Assembly (NCBI GenBank): GCA_016219285.1
Contig: JACRNJ010000010.1
Location: forward strand, 36,089-100,088
DNA from: Deltaproteobacteria bacterium
Lineage (GTDB): Bacteria > Desulfobacterota > GWC2-55-46 > UBA9637
DNA length: 64,000 nucleotides
Direction of reading: 5' to 3'
Both the position numbers and the translations under genes were made by a program. Numbering within the stretch: position 1 is the first letter of the stretch; each line of letters starts with the position of its first letter. A model generated the notes under the pieces. The model made no database searches and was not told the DNA's origin. It saw only the letters and a list, made by a program, of their open reading frames with translations. Shown here piece after piece: positions 1 to 9,043 of the stretch.

Positions 1-465
1 ATTCATGATATAGATATTATCATGAATTTTGTTAAATCAGAGGTTGAATCAGTGGATGTAGTCAGCATGCCTGTTATAACTGATAAGGCTGACATAGCAA
101 ATGCGCGTATAAGATTTGCAAATGGGTGTATTGCAAGTGTTACGGCAAGCAGGGTTTCAAATGAAAGGGCAAGAAAAATAACATTATTTCAGCGCGATGC
201 CTATATTATAATTGATTACGCAAATCAGAATATGGCAGTTTTCAGAAAGGCTTCCCCAAAAAACGGAGAACCGGCATATATTATGGAAGAAGATGTGAAA
301 ATAAAAAAGAATGACATCCTATTGGAGGAGATAAAGGCATTTGTCAGTTCAGTTATTACCAGAACTCCCCCTCTGGTTTCTGGAGAAGGCGGCAGAAGGG
401 CGCTTAAAGTTGCGCAGATGATACAAAAGGAAGTCAGGAGTCAGGAGTCAAGACTAAACATATGA
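1..465 (+). CDS. Gfo/Idh/MocA-family oxidoreductase, C-terminal part (5' end outside window)
   Basis: Open in frame from base 1 (IHDIDII...), so the start lies upstream of the window. C-terminal alpha/beta domain pattern of Gfo/Idh/MocA enzymes. Sits directly upstream of lpxB as in lipid A clusters. The last residues (EVRSQESRLNI) are encoded by a heptamer-array repeat. Confidence 0.6.
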   Translation: MHDIDIIMNFVKSEVESVDVVSMPVITDKADIANARIRFANGCIASVTASRVSNERARKITLFQRDAYIIIDYANQNMAVFRKASPKNGEPAYIMEEDVKIKKNDILLEEIKAFVSSVITRTPPLVSGEGGRRALKVAQMIQKEVRSQESRLNI

Positions 466-496
466 GAGATTTTCTCCTGACTTCTGACTCATGACT
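432..496. repeat. Inverted heptamer-array hairpin (AGTCAGG-type)
   Basis: agtcaggagtcaggagtcaag ... loop ... ctcctgacttctgactcatgact. Both arms are arrays of AGTCANN heptamers. Spans the stop of the upstream CDS and the lpxB start region. Confidence 0.7.
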
Positions 497-497
497 T

Positions 498-1646
498 ATG
501 ACTGTCTTTATAGTTGCTGGCGAAGCATCCGGAGATCTTCATGGTTCTAATCTCATAAAGGCCCTTAAAGAGGCGGATCCGTCACTTGAATTTTATGGTG
601 TTGGAGGGGAAAGGATGAGAGGTCTTGGTTTTCATGCGTTGGAAGACTCACGGGAACTTGCAGTGGTTGGTATTTCAGAGGTTGTTTTAAAATTAGGCAA
701 ACTTTTTTCTGTATTCAACAGACTCAAAAAAACTCTTGATGCAATAAGACCGGATGTTGTTGTCCTTATAGATTTTCCTGATTTTAACCTCCATGTTGCA
801 AAAGAGGCAAGAAAAAGAAAAATCCCTGTAGTGTATTACATAGGTCCTCAGGTGTGGGCATGGAGAAAGGGGAGAGTCAAGAAGATAGCAAGGCTTGTAA
901 GTAAGATGCTTGTTGTCTTTCCGTTTGAGGAAGATATTTACAAAAGCGCTGGTGTAAATGTGGAGTATATTGGCCATCCGTTAATAGGCACGGTATCATG
1001 CCAATTCTCTAAAGACGATGCGTTGTCAAGTTTGGGTATGGGTAATGGGCCGACGGTTGCGCTTCTGCCAGGCAGCAGAAGGCATGAGGTTGAAAGACTC
1101 CTTCCTGTTATGCTCGATGCGGCAGGCCTTATCAGGAAAGAGGTCAAGGGTGTTCAATTTATTTTACCTTTGGCAGACACGATAGAAGAGACCTTTGTAG
1201 AAGGTATTATTTCGGATTTCGGATTTCGGATTTCGGATTTGAAATCTCAAATCCGTGTTGTAAGGGACCGTTTTTATGAGGTGTTGAAGGCCTCTGATGC
1301 TGCAATTGTTGCCTCTGGCACGGCAACTCTTGAGACTGCCTTAATGGAGATTCCGATGGTTATCGTGTACAAGGTTTCTTTGCTGACCGCTATTATCGGC
1401 AGGATGTTTATAAATATTAATTACATAGGCCTTCCTAATATTGTGGCCGAAAAGGAGGTAGTGCCTGAGCTTGTGCAAGGCAATGCTAATCCTATTTCAA
1501 TAGCAAGAGAGATTTTAAGGTTTTTAAATGATAGCAACGAAAGAAATAGGACTATTTCCGATCTTAAGGATGTCGCAAACAAACTGAGAAAAGGCAATGC
1601 ATCAAAAAGGGCAGCAGAAGTAATATATAAAATAATTAGGAATTAG
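498..1646 (+). CDS. lpxB: Lipid-A-disaccharide synthase
   Basis: 382 aa. N-terminal VAGEASGDLHG motif, with length and overall pattern typical of GT19 LpxB. Lipid A gene neighbourhood. Confidence 0.93.
   Translation: MTVFIVAGEASGDLHGSNLIKALKEADPSLEFYGVGGERMRGLGFHALEDSRELAVVGISEVVLKLGKLFSVFNRLKKTLDAIRPDVVVLIDFPDFNLHVAKEARKRKIPVVYYIGPQVWAWRKGRVKKIARLVSKMLVVFPFEEDIYKSAGVNVEYIGHPLIGTVSCQFSKDDALSSLGMGNGPTVALLPGSRRHEVERLLPVMLDAAGLIRKEVKGVQFILPLADTIEETFVEGIISDFGFRISDLKSQIRVVRDRFYEVLKASDAAIVASGTATLETALMEIPMVIVYKVSLLTAIIGRMFININYIGLPNIVAEKEVVPELVQGNANPISIAREILRFLNDSNERNRTISDLKDVANKLRKGNASKRAAEVIYKIIRN
1210..1255. repeat. In-frame heptamer-array hairpin inside lpxB
   Basis: (TTTCGGA)x4 at 1210-1237 followed by the near-complement gaaatctcaaatccg. 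Translated as SDFGFRISDLKSQIR. Confidence 0.75.
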
Positions 1647-1655
1647 AAATTATTT

Positions 1656-3464
1656 ATGCAGCTCTATTTTCGTTTATTAAAATTTTTATTCCACTATTGG
1701 GCGCAGTTGGCATTGGCCATATTCTTTATGATAACCCTTGCGCTTTCCAACGGCGCAATGGCATATCTGATAGGACCTGTGCTTAAGTTCCTGTTTACCA
1801 ATAATGCAGATGATACAATACGGCTTATTCCCATAGACCTCTTTACATTCAATCGGGCGCAAATGCTTATAGCCGTGCCGTTAATTATTATATTTGTTGC
1901 GCTCATTAAAGGCCTCTCATTTTTCTGGCAGGCCTATTTTATGGGCCATGTTGGCCAGAAAATGGTTGCAGACATCAGACTGCATTTGTACCGGCATATC
2001 CTGAATCTCCCTATTTCATATTTTAGCAAGAGTTCCACCGGGCAATTGATATCAAGGATGACAAATGATGTGGGTATGCTGCAGAATACGGCTTCAAACT
2101 CAGTTGCAACTATCTTGAGGGAGAGTTTTTCAATAATAGTTCTTGCGACTGTGGTTATTACCAGAGATTGGAAACTTGCCCTGGCTGCCTTTGTTACATT
2201 TCCTCTTGCAATATATCCATTGGTAAGATTCTCAAAAAAGATGCGTAAGGTTTCAACCCAGGGGCAGGCAACTATGGGAGCTATGACAATTCTTATGCAC
2301 GAAGCAATAGCAGGCATACGTATTGTCAAGGCCTTTTGCATGGAGAAATACGAAGAGATGAGGTTTGGCAAGGAAAACGATAGATTTACGAAGTTCAGCA
2401 TGAAATCAATAAAGGTTCGGTCTATTTCATCGCCACTTATGGAGACACTGAGAGCGATAGGCCTTGCCTTTGCCATATGGTATGCAGCATACAGGATTCA
2501 AAATGGTTCATTGACGCCTGACGACTTCATATCTTTTTCTGCCGCCCTTTTGATGCTCTATCCGTCAATAAAGGCGCTCAATGGCGTTAATATGAATATT
2601 CAGCAGGGCCTTGCCGCTGCAGCGCGTGTATTTGAGCTTTTGGACGCCCCTCAGGAAACAAAGGATAAGGATGACGCAAAGAGGATTGATACTATCCGTC
2701 AGGGCATTGAATTTAAGGATGTGTCATTCAGATACGGCGAGAAATTGATTCTTGAAGGCATTAATCTTAAAGTTAGAAAGGGAGAGATTATTGCAATAGT
2801 AGGAACAAGCGGCGCTGGCAAGACAACATTTATTAACTTGCTTCCAAGGTTTTATGATGTAACGGAAGGGATTATTCTTTTTGACGATGTAGATATTAGA
2901 GATATAATAAAAAATTCCCTCAGATCTCAAATTGCTATAGTATCACAACAGGTTATTTTGTTTAATGATAGTGTAAGTAAAAATATTGCCTATGGTGATG
3001 TTACAAGGGATAGCAGAGATATAATAAGTGCGGCAAAGGCCGCCAATGCAGACAGCTTTATCAGAAAGCTGCCACAGGGATACGATACTGTAATCGGCGA
3101 AGGCGGCGTCAGGCTTTCAGGCGGAGAGAGGCAGAGGCTTTCTATTGCAAGGGCAATCCTTAAAAACGCCCCAATACTTATACTGGATGAGGCAACATCG
3201 TCTCTGGATACTGAATCTGAAATGGAAGTTCAGAAGGGGCTAAATAATCTTGTGCATGGAAGAACCACGTTTGTCGTTGCGCACAGGCTTTCTACCGTAA
3301 GGAATGCAGACAGGATTATTGTTCTATCTGACGGCGGAATAAAAGAGATGGGCAGGCATGAAGAGCTTTTAAAATTTGGCGGAGAGTATTCTCGTATTTA
3401 TAATATGCAGTTTCAAGGAGGAGATGAAATAAATCTCAAATCTCAAATTACAAATTACAAATAA
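1656..3464 (+). CDS. msbA: Lipid A export ABC transporter, permease/ATPase fusion
   Basis: 602 aa. Six-TM N-terminal half plus ABC ATPase with Walker A GTSGAGKTT, signature LSGGERQR and Walker B ILILDEATS. Located between lpxB and waaA. Confidence 0.88.
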   Translation: MQLYFRLLKFLFHYWAQLALAIFFMITLALSNGAMAYLIGPVLKFLFTNNADDTIRLIPIDLFTFNRAQMLIAVPLIIIFVALIKGLSFFWQAYFMGHVGQKMVADIRLHLYRHILNLPISYFSKSSTGQLISRMTNDVGMLQNTASNSVATILRESFSIIVLATVVITRDWKLALAAFVTFPLAIYPLVRFSKKMRKVSTQGQATMGAMTILMHEAIAGIRIVKAFCMEKYEEMRFGKENDRFTKFSMKSIKVRSISSPLMETLRAIGLAFAIWYAAYRIQNGSLTPDDFISFSAALLMLYPSIKALNGVNMNIQQGLAAAARVFELLDAPQETKDKDDAKRIDTIRQGIEFKDVSFRYGEKLILEGINLKVRKGEIIAIVGTSGAGKTTFINLLPRFYDVTEGIILFDDVDIRDIIKNSLRSQIAIVSQQVILFNDSVSKNIAYGDVTRDSRDIISAAKAANADSFIRKLPQGYDTVIGEGGVRLSGGERQRLSIARAILKNAPILILDEATSSLDTESEMEVQKGLNNLVHGRTTFVVAHRLSTVRNADRIIVLSDGGIKEMGRHEELLKFGGEYSRIYNMQFQGGDEINLKSQITNYK

Positions 3465-3547
3465 ATTTCAAATCCCAATTTGAAAAGCAAATATTTTTGG
3501 TATTTGGAATTTTGGTTATTATTTGAGATTTGCAATTTGATTTTTGG
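3428..3547. repeat. Long composite inverted heptamer-array hairpin
   Basis: aaatctcaaatctcaaattacaaattacaaata ... tatttgagatttgcaatttgattt. The left arm encodes the MsbA C-terminus (INLKSQITNYK). Confidence 0.65.
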
Positions 3548-3554
3548 CGCTTTT

Positions 3555-4219
3555 ATGAAGAAGATACTAAATAAAATTACCATTGCCATAGCGCCGTTTT
3601 TGATATCGGTACTTATCAAATTTCTTGCCATGACCATGAGAATTTCCTATGTCAATTTTGCAAAGGATTGGAGAAGCGGTAGAAATGTAATCCTTGCATT
3701 CTGGCATGGAAGATTGTTGATGATGCCTGTTATGTGCTGTGGTGTCACAGTTCTTGTGAGCCAGCACAAGGATGGCGAGTTGATAGCAAGGGCGGTAAAG
3801 AGATTTAATATTGATTCTGTCAGGGGCTCTTCAACAAGGGGCTGGTTAGGCGGTGTAAGGGGGCTTTTAAATGCTGTCAAAAGAGGCAAGGATATAGCCA
3901 TAACGCCTGATGGTCCAAAAGGCCCAAAATTTAATGTACAGACTGGAATTATACATTTAGCAAAGCTAACAGGCCTTCCAATAATACCCATGACCTTCAG
4001 CGCTTCAAAAAAAAAACTTTTAAAAGCTGGGATGGTTTTATCATGCCTTATCCATTTTCCAAAGGCGTATTTATATGCGGCGCCCCCATCGTTGTAAATC
4101 GTGAGTCAACCGAACAAGAATTGGAACAAAAGAGGCTGATTTTGCAAAAAAGCCTTATAGAAATTACAGAAAGGGCGGATGATTATTTCAAAGTTAAAAT
4201 ATATGACTGCAATTCTTAA
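3555..4219 (+). pseudogene. DUF374-family (lysophospholipid acyltransferase-like) protein, interrupted by a frameshift in an A10 run
   Basis: ATG at 3555 (MKKILNKITIAIAP...). Conserved FWHGRLLMMP...SQHKDGELIARAV...ITPDGPKGP pattern of DUF374. After the A10 run (4007-4016) the family-like continuation SWDGFIMPYPFSKGVFICGAPI...* is in the -1 frame and ends at 4219. An 11th A would restore one ORF. Confidence 0.8.
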
Positions 4220-4244
4220 ATCCTAATGTCTAATTTCCAATGAA

Positions 4245-4273
4245 TCCTTGACAGGAATAATATCTGTCAAGGA
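4245..4273. repeat. YCCTTGACAG...CTGTCAAGGR hairpin
   Basis: tccttgacag-gaataatat-ctgtcaagga, a perfect 10-bp stem. Same stem family as 43890-44143 and 51506-51538. Confidence 0.7.
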
Positions 4274-4367
4274 TGAAATGTCCAATGACTAAATCTACAA
4301 TGTTTTGATTTTTATTTGACATTTGGTTTTTATTAGGAATTAGGATTTAGAAATTAGAAATTTTCTT

Positions 4368-5729
4368 ATGTATCTTTTCTACGACATCCTTCTTCACATC
4401 TCTCTCTTAATGCTTGCGCCGTATTTCCTTTTTAAGATGGCCTTTGCCGGGAAATATCGCAAGGGGGTTCTTGAAAGGTTTGGTTTTATAGGCGAAGAGA
4501 AACTTAAGAATCTTTACGACAAGAAAGTAGTTTGGTTTCATGCGGTTTCTGTTGGAGAGACAAAGGCGAGTATGCTGCTGCTGAAACATTTTAAAGAAAA
4601 ATATCCAGACGCAAAAATTATATTTTCCACTGTTACGGCAACCGGCAATGCAATTGCAATGAAGCAGGGGGCGCAATGGATTGACAGCCTTATCTATTTT
4701 CCATTTGACTTTCATTGGGTTGTTAACAGTGTTGTGAAAAGAATAAAACCAAAAGTTTTTATAGTAGTGGAGAAAGAGATATGGCCGAATATCCTCAAAG
4801 TCCTGAAAAAAAGCAATATTCCTGCATTGGTTATAAACGGAACCATATCTGACCGCTCCTTTAAGCGGTATAAAATGTTTGGATTTTTCTTTAAAAGGAT
4901 ATTCGGCAATATATCATGTTTTTTGTGCCAAACAAAAATGGACGGTGATAAGGCAATAGCCCTTGGAATAGAGCCTTCGAGGGTTATTGCTACAGGCAAT
5001 ATAAAATTTGATATAGAGTCTGCTCAGTGGAGCCCTTCTGAAAGGGATGTTGTTATGCGAGGGCTTAATATAACAGGCTATGATGATATCATTATTGCAG
5101 GAAGCACCCATGCAGGCGAGGAGGAGATTGTACTGGATGTTTTTAAAAGACTTAAGCAGGAGGTTTCAAATTTAAGAGTGATAATTGCGCCAAGACACCC
5201 GGAAAGGTTTAATGAGGTGGAAAGGCTTATAAAGGGAATGGGGTTTTCTATTACAAGAAGGTCTGTGATAAGAAGTCAGAAGCAAGAAGCAAGAAGCAAG
5301 AAGCAAGAAGCCCAAAAAAGTCTTGCCTCTTACCTCTTACCTATTGTCTCTCATCCGAAATCAGAAGTCATCCTTTTGGATACCATTGGCGAGCTTTGTA
5401 ATTTTTACAGTATTGCAACAATTGCCTTTGTTGGCGGCACCCTTGTAGATATCGGCGGGCATAATCTACTTGAGCCTGCCTTTTATAAGAAGCCTGTAAT
5501 TTACGGTAATTACCTTAAAGGCTATACTGGAATGGCAAATATGCTTGAAACAGCCGGCGGCGGCATACGAATAAAAAATGGAGAGGAATTTTTTGAGAAG
5601 GCGAAACAGCTGCTCATGGATGATGTATATAGCCAGAAGGTTGGCAGTGCGGCTTACAGCGTGGTTCTTGCCAACAAAGGCGCAACAGATAAATGTCTGA
5701 AGATTTTGGAAGGGTTATTTGGGGAATGA
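4368..5729 (+). CDS. waaA: 3-deoxy-D-manno-octulosonic acid (Kdo) transferase
   Basis: 453 aa. N-terminal membrane anchor, WFHAVSVGE motif, GT30-like C-terminal half. Lipid A/Kdo context. Confidence 0.9.
   Translation: MYLFYDILLHISLLMLAPYFLFKMAFAGKYRKGVLERFGFIGEEKLKNLYDKKVVWFHAVSVGETKASMLLLKHFKEKYPDAKIIFSTVTATGNAIAMKQGAQWIDSLIYFPFDFHWVVNSVVKRIKPKVFIVVEKEIWPNILKVLKKSNIPALVINGTISDRSFKRYKMFGFFFKRIFGNISCFLCQTKMDGDKAIALGIEPSRVIATGNIKFDIESAQWSPSERDVVMRGLNITGYDDIIIAGSTHAGEEEIVLDVFKRLKQEVSNLRVIIAPRHPERFNEVERLIKGMGFSITRRSVIRSQKQEARSKKQEAQKSLASYLLPIVSHPKSEVILLDTIGELCNFYSIATIAFVGGTLVDIGGHNLLEPAFYKKPVIYGNYLKGYTGMANMLETAGGGIRIKNGEEFFEKAKQLLMDDVYSQKVGSAAYSVVLANKGATDKCLKILEGLFGE
5272..5350. repeat. In-frame heptamer-array hairpin inside waaA
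   Basis: (AGCAAGA)x4 at 5281-5308, with imperfect complement tcttgcctcttacctcttacc at 5321-5341. Translated as RSQKQEARSKKQEAQKSLASYLLPIV. Confidence 0.7.
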
Positions 5730-5877
5730 AGGGCGATTTTTAGCTTGACACCTGAAAGCATGGCATTATAAATTGAGGTATATGGAAGAACAGGTTATAA
5801 ACTTGATTATTCCCTGTAGTCTTGCTGCAGGGTTACCACTAATCCCCTCCCATCAAGGGGTGGGGTGGGATTTTTAG

Positions 5878-6478
5878 ATGAGGATGGGAATGCAAACAAC
5901 TATTTCGCAGGTTGATTACAAAAAACAGTATACTTACGCTGATTACTTTGCCATCAACGATGACAAGAGATATGAGGTTATGGAGGGGCGTATTATGATG
6001 GTTCCTGCGCCAAATACCTTTCATCAGAGGATTTCCTCGGAAATAGGATATCTTTTCGTTAAATATGTAAAAGGAAACGACCTTGGGTCTGTTTTTCTTG
6101 CCCCGACTGATGTGGTTTTGAGCGATGACGTGGTTGTTCAGCCGGACATCCTGTTTATAAGCAAGGAAAAGGCCGGGATTATAGGGGAGCAAGCCATAAT
6201 GGGGGGCCCCGGACATTGTTGTCGAGATTATCTCTCCATCGTCGTCGTTTAATGATTCGGTAAGAAAGAGAGAGATTTATCAGAGGTTTGGCGTGAAAGA
6301 ATACTGGCTTGTCTTTCCGGAGGAGAAGGCCATAGAAATTATGTGTCTTGAGGCTTGTCCCCGCACGTCTGAAGCGGGGAACGGCATTTACAGGGAGCTT
6401 TGCTCGGCAAAAGAGCAAGGAACCGTAAGGTCTAAATTCCTTCAGGGGCTTGAGGTTGAGTTGAAAGGAGTGTTTTAG
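5878..6478 (+). pseudogene. Uma2-family (DUF820) endonuclease, frameshifted in a G6C4 run
   Basis: The first ORF carries YEVMEGRIMMVPAP...HQRI...QPDILFISK. After ggggggcccc (6201-6210) the expected continuation APDIVVEIISPSSSFNDSVRKREIYQRFGVKEYWLVFP is in another frame. Removing one G restores it. Confidence 0.75.
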
Positions 6479-6552
6479 CAGTCCATAATTTTTGGTGTTT
6501 TTCGCTTGAAAAGTAAAAAATATTATGATTTACCCATAAAAAAAGGAAATTT

Positions 6553-6930
6553 ATGAAAAGAGAGGCTTTAAGATATTTAGATAATGCAAAGGAGATATTG
6601 GGTAAATCTCCTATTGAAGACAATACCTATCTGGATATTAAGTATGTAAAGACAGCCTGCGGTGTTGCTTATCTGGGAGTATTAGAGGCGATAAATGAAG
6701 TGCTGCTTAAAAAAGGGTTTACAAAGAAGGAGTTGCCTAAAAAGGTAGAGGAGTATAGAAAGGCCTTGCAGAAACATGTATCAGCGCATAATGGAAAATT
6801 GCTGCGGGAATTTGAGATGCTTTATGACGCCCTGCACATAGCAGGATACTACAGAGGGCTTATCTATAACACAGATGCTATCAAAGACTATTTAAAGGCG
6901 GCAAAGGACTTTATAGGTAAACTGCATTAA
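6553..6930 (+). CDS. Small helical protein, DUF5618-like (HEPN-like fold?)
   Basis: 125 aa, ATG preceded by aaaggaaa. The pattern Y.D.KYV..A.G.AYLGVL.A......YDALHIAGYY resembles my recollection of DUF5618. Weak call. Confidence 0.4.
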   Translation: MKREALRYLDNAKEILGKSPIEDNTYLDIKYVKTACGVAYLGVLEAINEVLLKKGFTKKELPKKVEEYRKALQKHVSAHNGKLLREFEMLYDALHIAGYYRGLIYNTDAIKDYLKAAKDFIGKLH

Positions 6931-7030
6931 AAAAACAAGGACAACGAAGTTTTTCCCTGTCTGTTGTAGTCAGGCAGTATATGGTTAAGAGAATAGTTTG
7001 CAAGGGAGTTCTGAAATGGTACGAATCCTG

Positions 7031-7079
7031 CAACTCAACTCAACTCAACTCAACTCAACTCAACTCAACTCAACTCAAC
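7031..7079. repeat. Pentanucleotide microsatellite (CAACT)n, about 9.8 units
   Basis: Perfect caact repeats read directly from 7031 to 7079. Intergenic, at the left edge of the GC-richer block. Confidence 0.95.
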
Positions 7080-7121
7080 AATAATCTCTTTTTTAAAAAT
7101 CTTAAAAATTTCGTTTATAAA

Positions 7122-7147
7122 GGCAGACTTCACGGTCTGCCTTTTTT
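7122..7147 (+). terminator. Rho-independent terminator-like hairpin
   Basis: ggcagac-ttcac-ggtctgcc followed by tttttt. Confidence 0.6.
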
Positions 7148-7254
7148 GTTTCTGCCGGTTCAGGTTTGCAAACCTGAACCACAACATTCCTGTCTGCGTG
7201 CCTGCCTGTGCTACGGCAGACAGGCGCAGAACTAAAATCAAGGAGAATAAGAAA

Positions 7255-8049
7255 ATGAAAACTGTGAAAAGATGGTTGAAACCAATTTTCTGCTTCGCAA
7301 TGCTCGTGCTGGTAGCTTCATGCGGCGCCAAAATTTACATACCCAACATAAACTCGATGGGAAACATGAGCGTCAAAGAGGCACGCAAGGTGCTTGCTAC
7401 AGAGTTACCAGAGAATGCGGAGGTGTTTGTTGATGGTCGTAGCTATCATTTAACGGGCGTGAGTGTGGCACCAACTACGTTAATTATATTGAACGAAAGT
7501 GGCAAAAATCGTGTTTTTAAAATCGGTGAGCTTGACCAAATCACCCATACATACGCATTTGGAATTCCTGACAAATACACCATCTCCTTAAAAAACGAAT
7601 TAATATTCATAACTCAATGTAAGGTTCCGTATACGGCTAATACGAATATTCCTATCGCCCTTTACGTGCTCAAGCAGAACGCAATAAAGGCGGAAAAAGA
7701 TGCTGACGAAGAACATGCCCGCTTTTCGGCATCAATAGCAGACTATCGCAAAAAGGCAGCGTCAAACGCTGCGATTCCTGAAGAGGCAAATAGATACAAG
7801 GTGCAGGCAGAGGGTGCAGTGCGCGACAAGGAGTTCTACGATGCGGCTGACTTTTATGCCGAGGCACTGAAAATAGTCCCGTGGTGGTCCGTCGGGCACT
7901 TCAACAGGGCGCTGGTGCTTGGCGAGACCGGCGAATACGAAGAGGCCATTCGCGAGATGAAGCATTACCTGCAACTCGTGCCAGACGCCCCTAACGTCCG
8001 CGCGGCGCAAGATAAGATATACGACTGGGAGAGGTTAGAGGCAAAATAG
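7255..8049 (+). CDS. Lipoprotein with unknown N-terminal domain and a conserved ~90-aa TPR-like C-terminal module (paralogue 1)
   Basis: ATG 7255 after aaggagaa. Lipobox LVASCG. The C-terminus EEANRYKVQAEGA...VPWWSVGHFNRALVLGE...MKHYLQLVPDAPNVRAAQDKIYDWE is shared with the proteins ending at 9015 and 11359. Confidence 0.75.
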   Translation: MKTVKRWLKPIFCFAMLVLVASCGAKIYIPNINSMGNMSVKEARKVLATELPENAEVFVDGRSYHLTGVSVAPTTLIILNESGKNRVFKIGELDQITHTYAFGIPDKYTISLKNELIFITQCKVPYTANTNIPIALYVLKQNAIKAEKDADEEHARFSASIADYRKKAASNAAIPEEANRYKVQAEGAVRDKEFYDAADFYAEALKIVPWWSVGHFNRALVLGETGEYEEAIREMKHYLQLVPDAPNVRAAQDKIYDWERLEAK

Positions 8050-8107
8050 TAGCACAGTAATCAAATAAACTGTCCACATAGTAAGTAGGGACATAAAGGG
8101 GGTTGAC

Positions 8108-9015
8108 ATGATTAAGGCATTACGCAGGGCAATGTTTTTGTGCATATCAACGATTGCTGTTGTCTATCTTTCAGGGTGTGCGACTGTTAGCCCGCTTCAT
8201 GAAGCAGCAAAGAGTGGTAGCCTTGCCGAAGTAGAAAGGCTTATCAAAGAGGGCGCGGATGTGAATGCGAAGAATGAATCTGCCAGGACCCCGCTGCATA
8301 TGGCGACAAGTAAAGACATAGCTGAACTGCTCATTGCCAAAGGTGCGGACGTGCATGCGAGGAATGACATTGCCGGAACGCCGCTGTATCAGGCGACAAG
8401 TAAAGACATAACTGAACTGCTCATTGCCAAAGGTGCGAACGTGAATGAAAAGGACAGAGATCACTGGACCCCCCTGCATTCTGCAGCAATGAATGGCAAA
8501 AAGGAAGTCGCAGAGTTTCTTATAGTCAAAGGCTCGGACGTGAATGCGAGGAACATATACGGCTATACGCCTTCGGACTTGGCGGCAAGTGAAGGCCAAA
8601 CAGAAGTAGCAAGTTTTTTAAAAGATGTTATGACCGGGAAGGTGAAAGTAGCTGTTCCCTCGCCTCCTGAAGACCCGAAGGAAGCAGCCGCCTTTGAGGC
8701 AGAGGCAAAAAATGCCTTGCATTGGCAGTTAAACCGACGCTGCCGGAAGAGGCGCGTAATTATAAGGTGCGGGCAGTGGCCGCGATTAAGGATAAACAAT
8801 TCGACAAGGCCGCCGAGCTTTACGCAAACGCATCGAAGGCGGCCACGTGTTGGCCCGAGGGTCACTTCAACAGGGCGCTCATATTGGGCGAGTTGAACCG
8901 CTTCGCAGAGGCCCAACGCGAGATGAAGCGTTACCTGCAACTCGTGACAGACGCACCGAACGCCCGTGCGGCGCAGGATAAGATTTACGAGTGGGAGCGG
9001 TTTACATCCAAGTAG
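8108..9015 (+). pseudogene. Ankyrin-repeat lipoprotein with the same C-terminal TPR-like module (paralogue 2), frameshifted at an A6 run
   Basis: Lipobox LSGCA. About four ANK repeats (TPLH..A....ELLIAKGADVN). After the A6 run at 8707-8712 the conserved module (AVKPTLPEEARNYKV...DKIYEWE) continues in the -1 frame. A seventh A would restore one ORF. Confidence 0.75.
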
Positions 9016-9043
9016 GAGGCTGACAGCAAAAGGAGGTATTACC

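Noticed and set aside
6981-7235. 84-aa ORF covering the CAACT microsatellite (translates NSTQLNSTQL...)
   Set aside because: The open frame is an artefact of the repeat and of two hairpins. There is no RBS. A terminator-like hairpin lies inside it.
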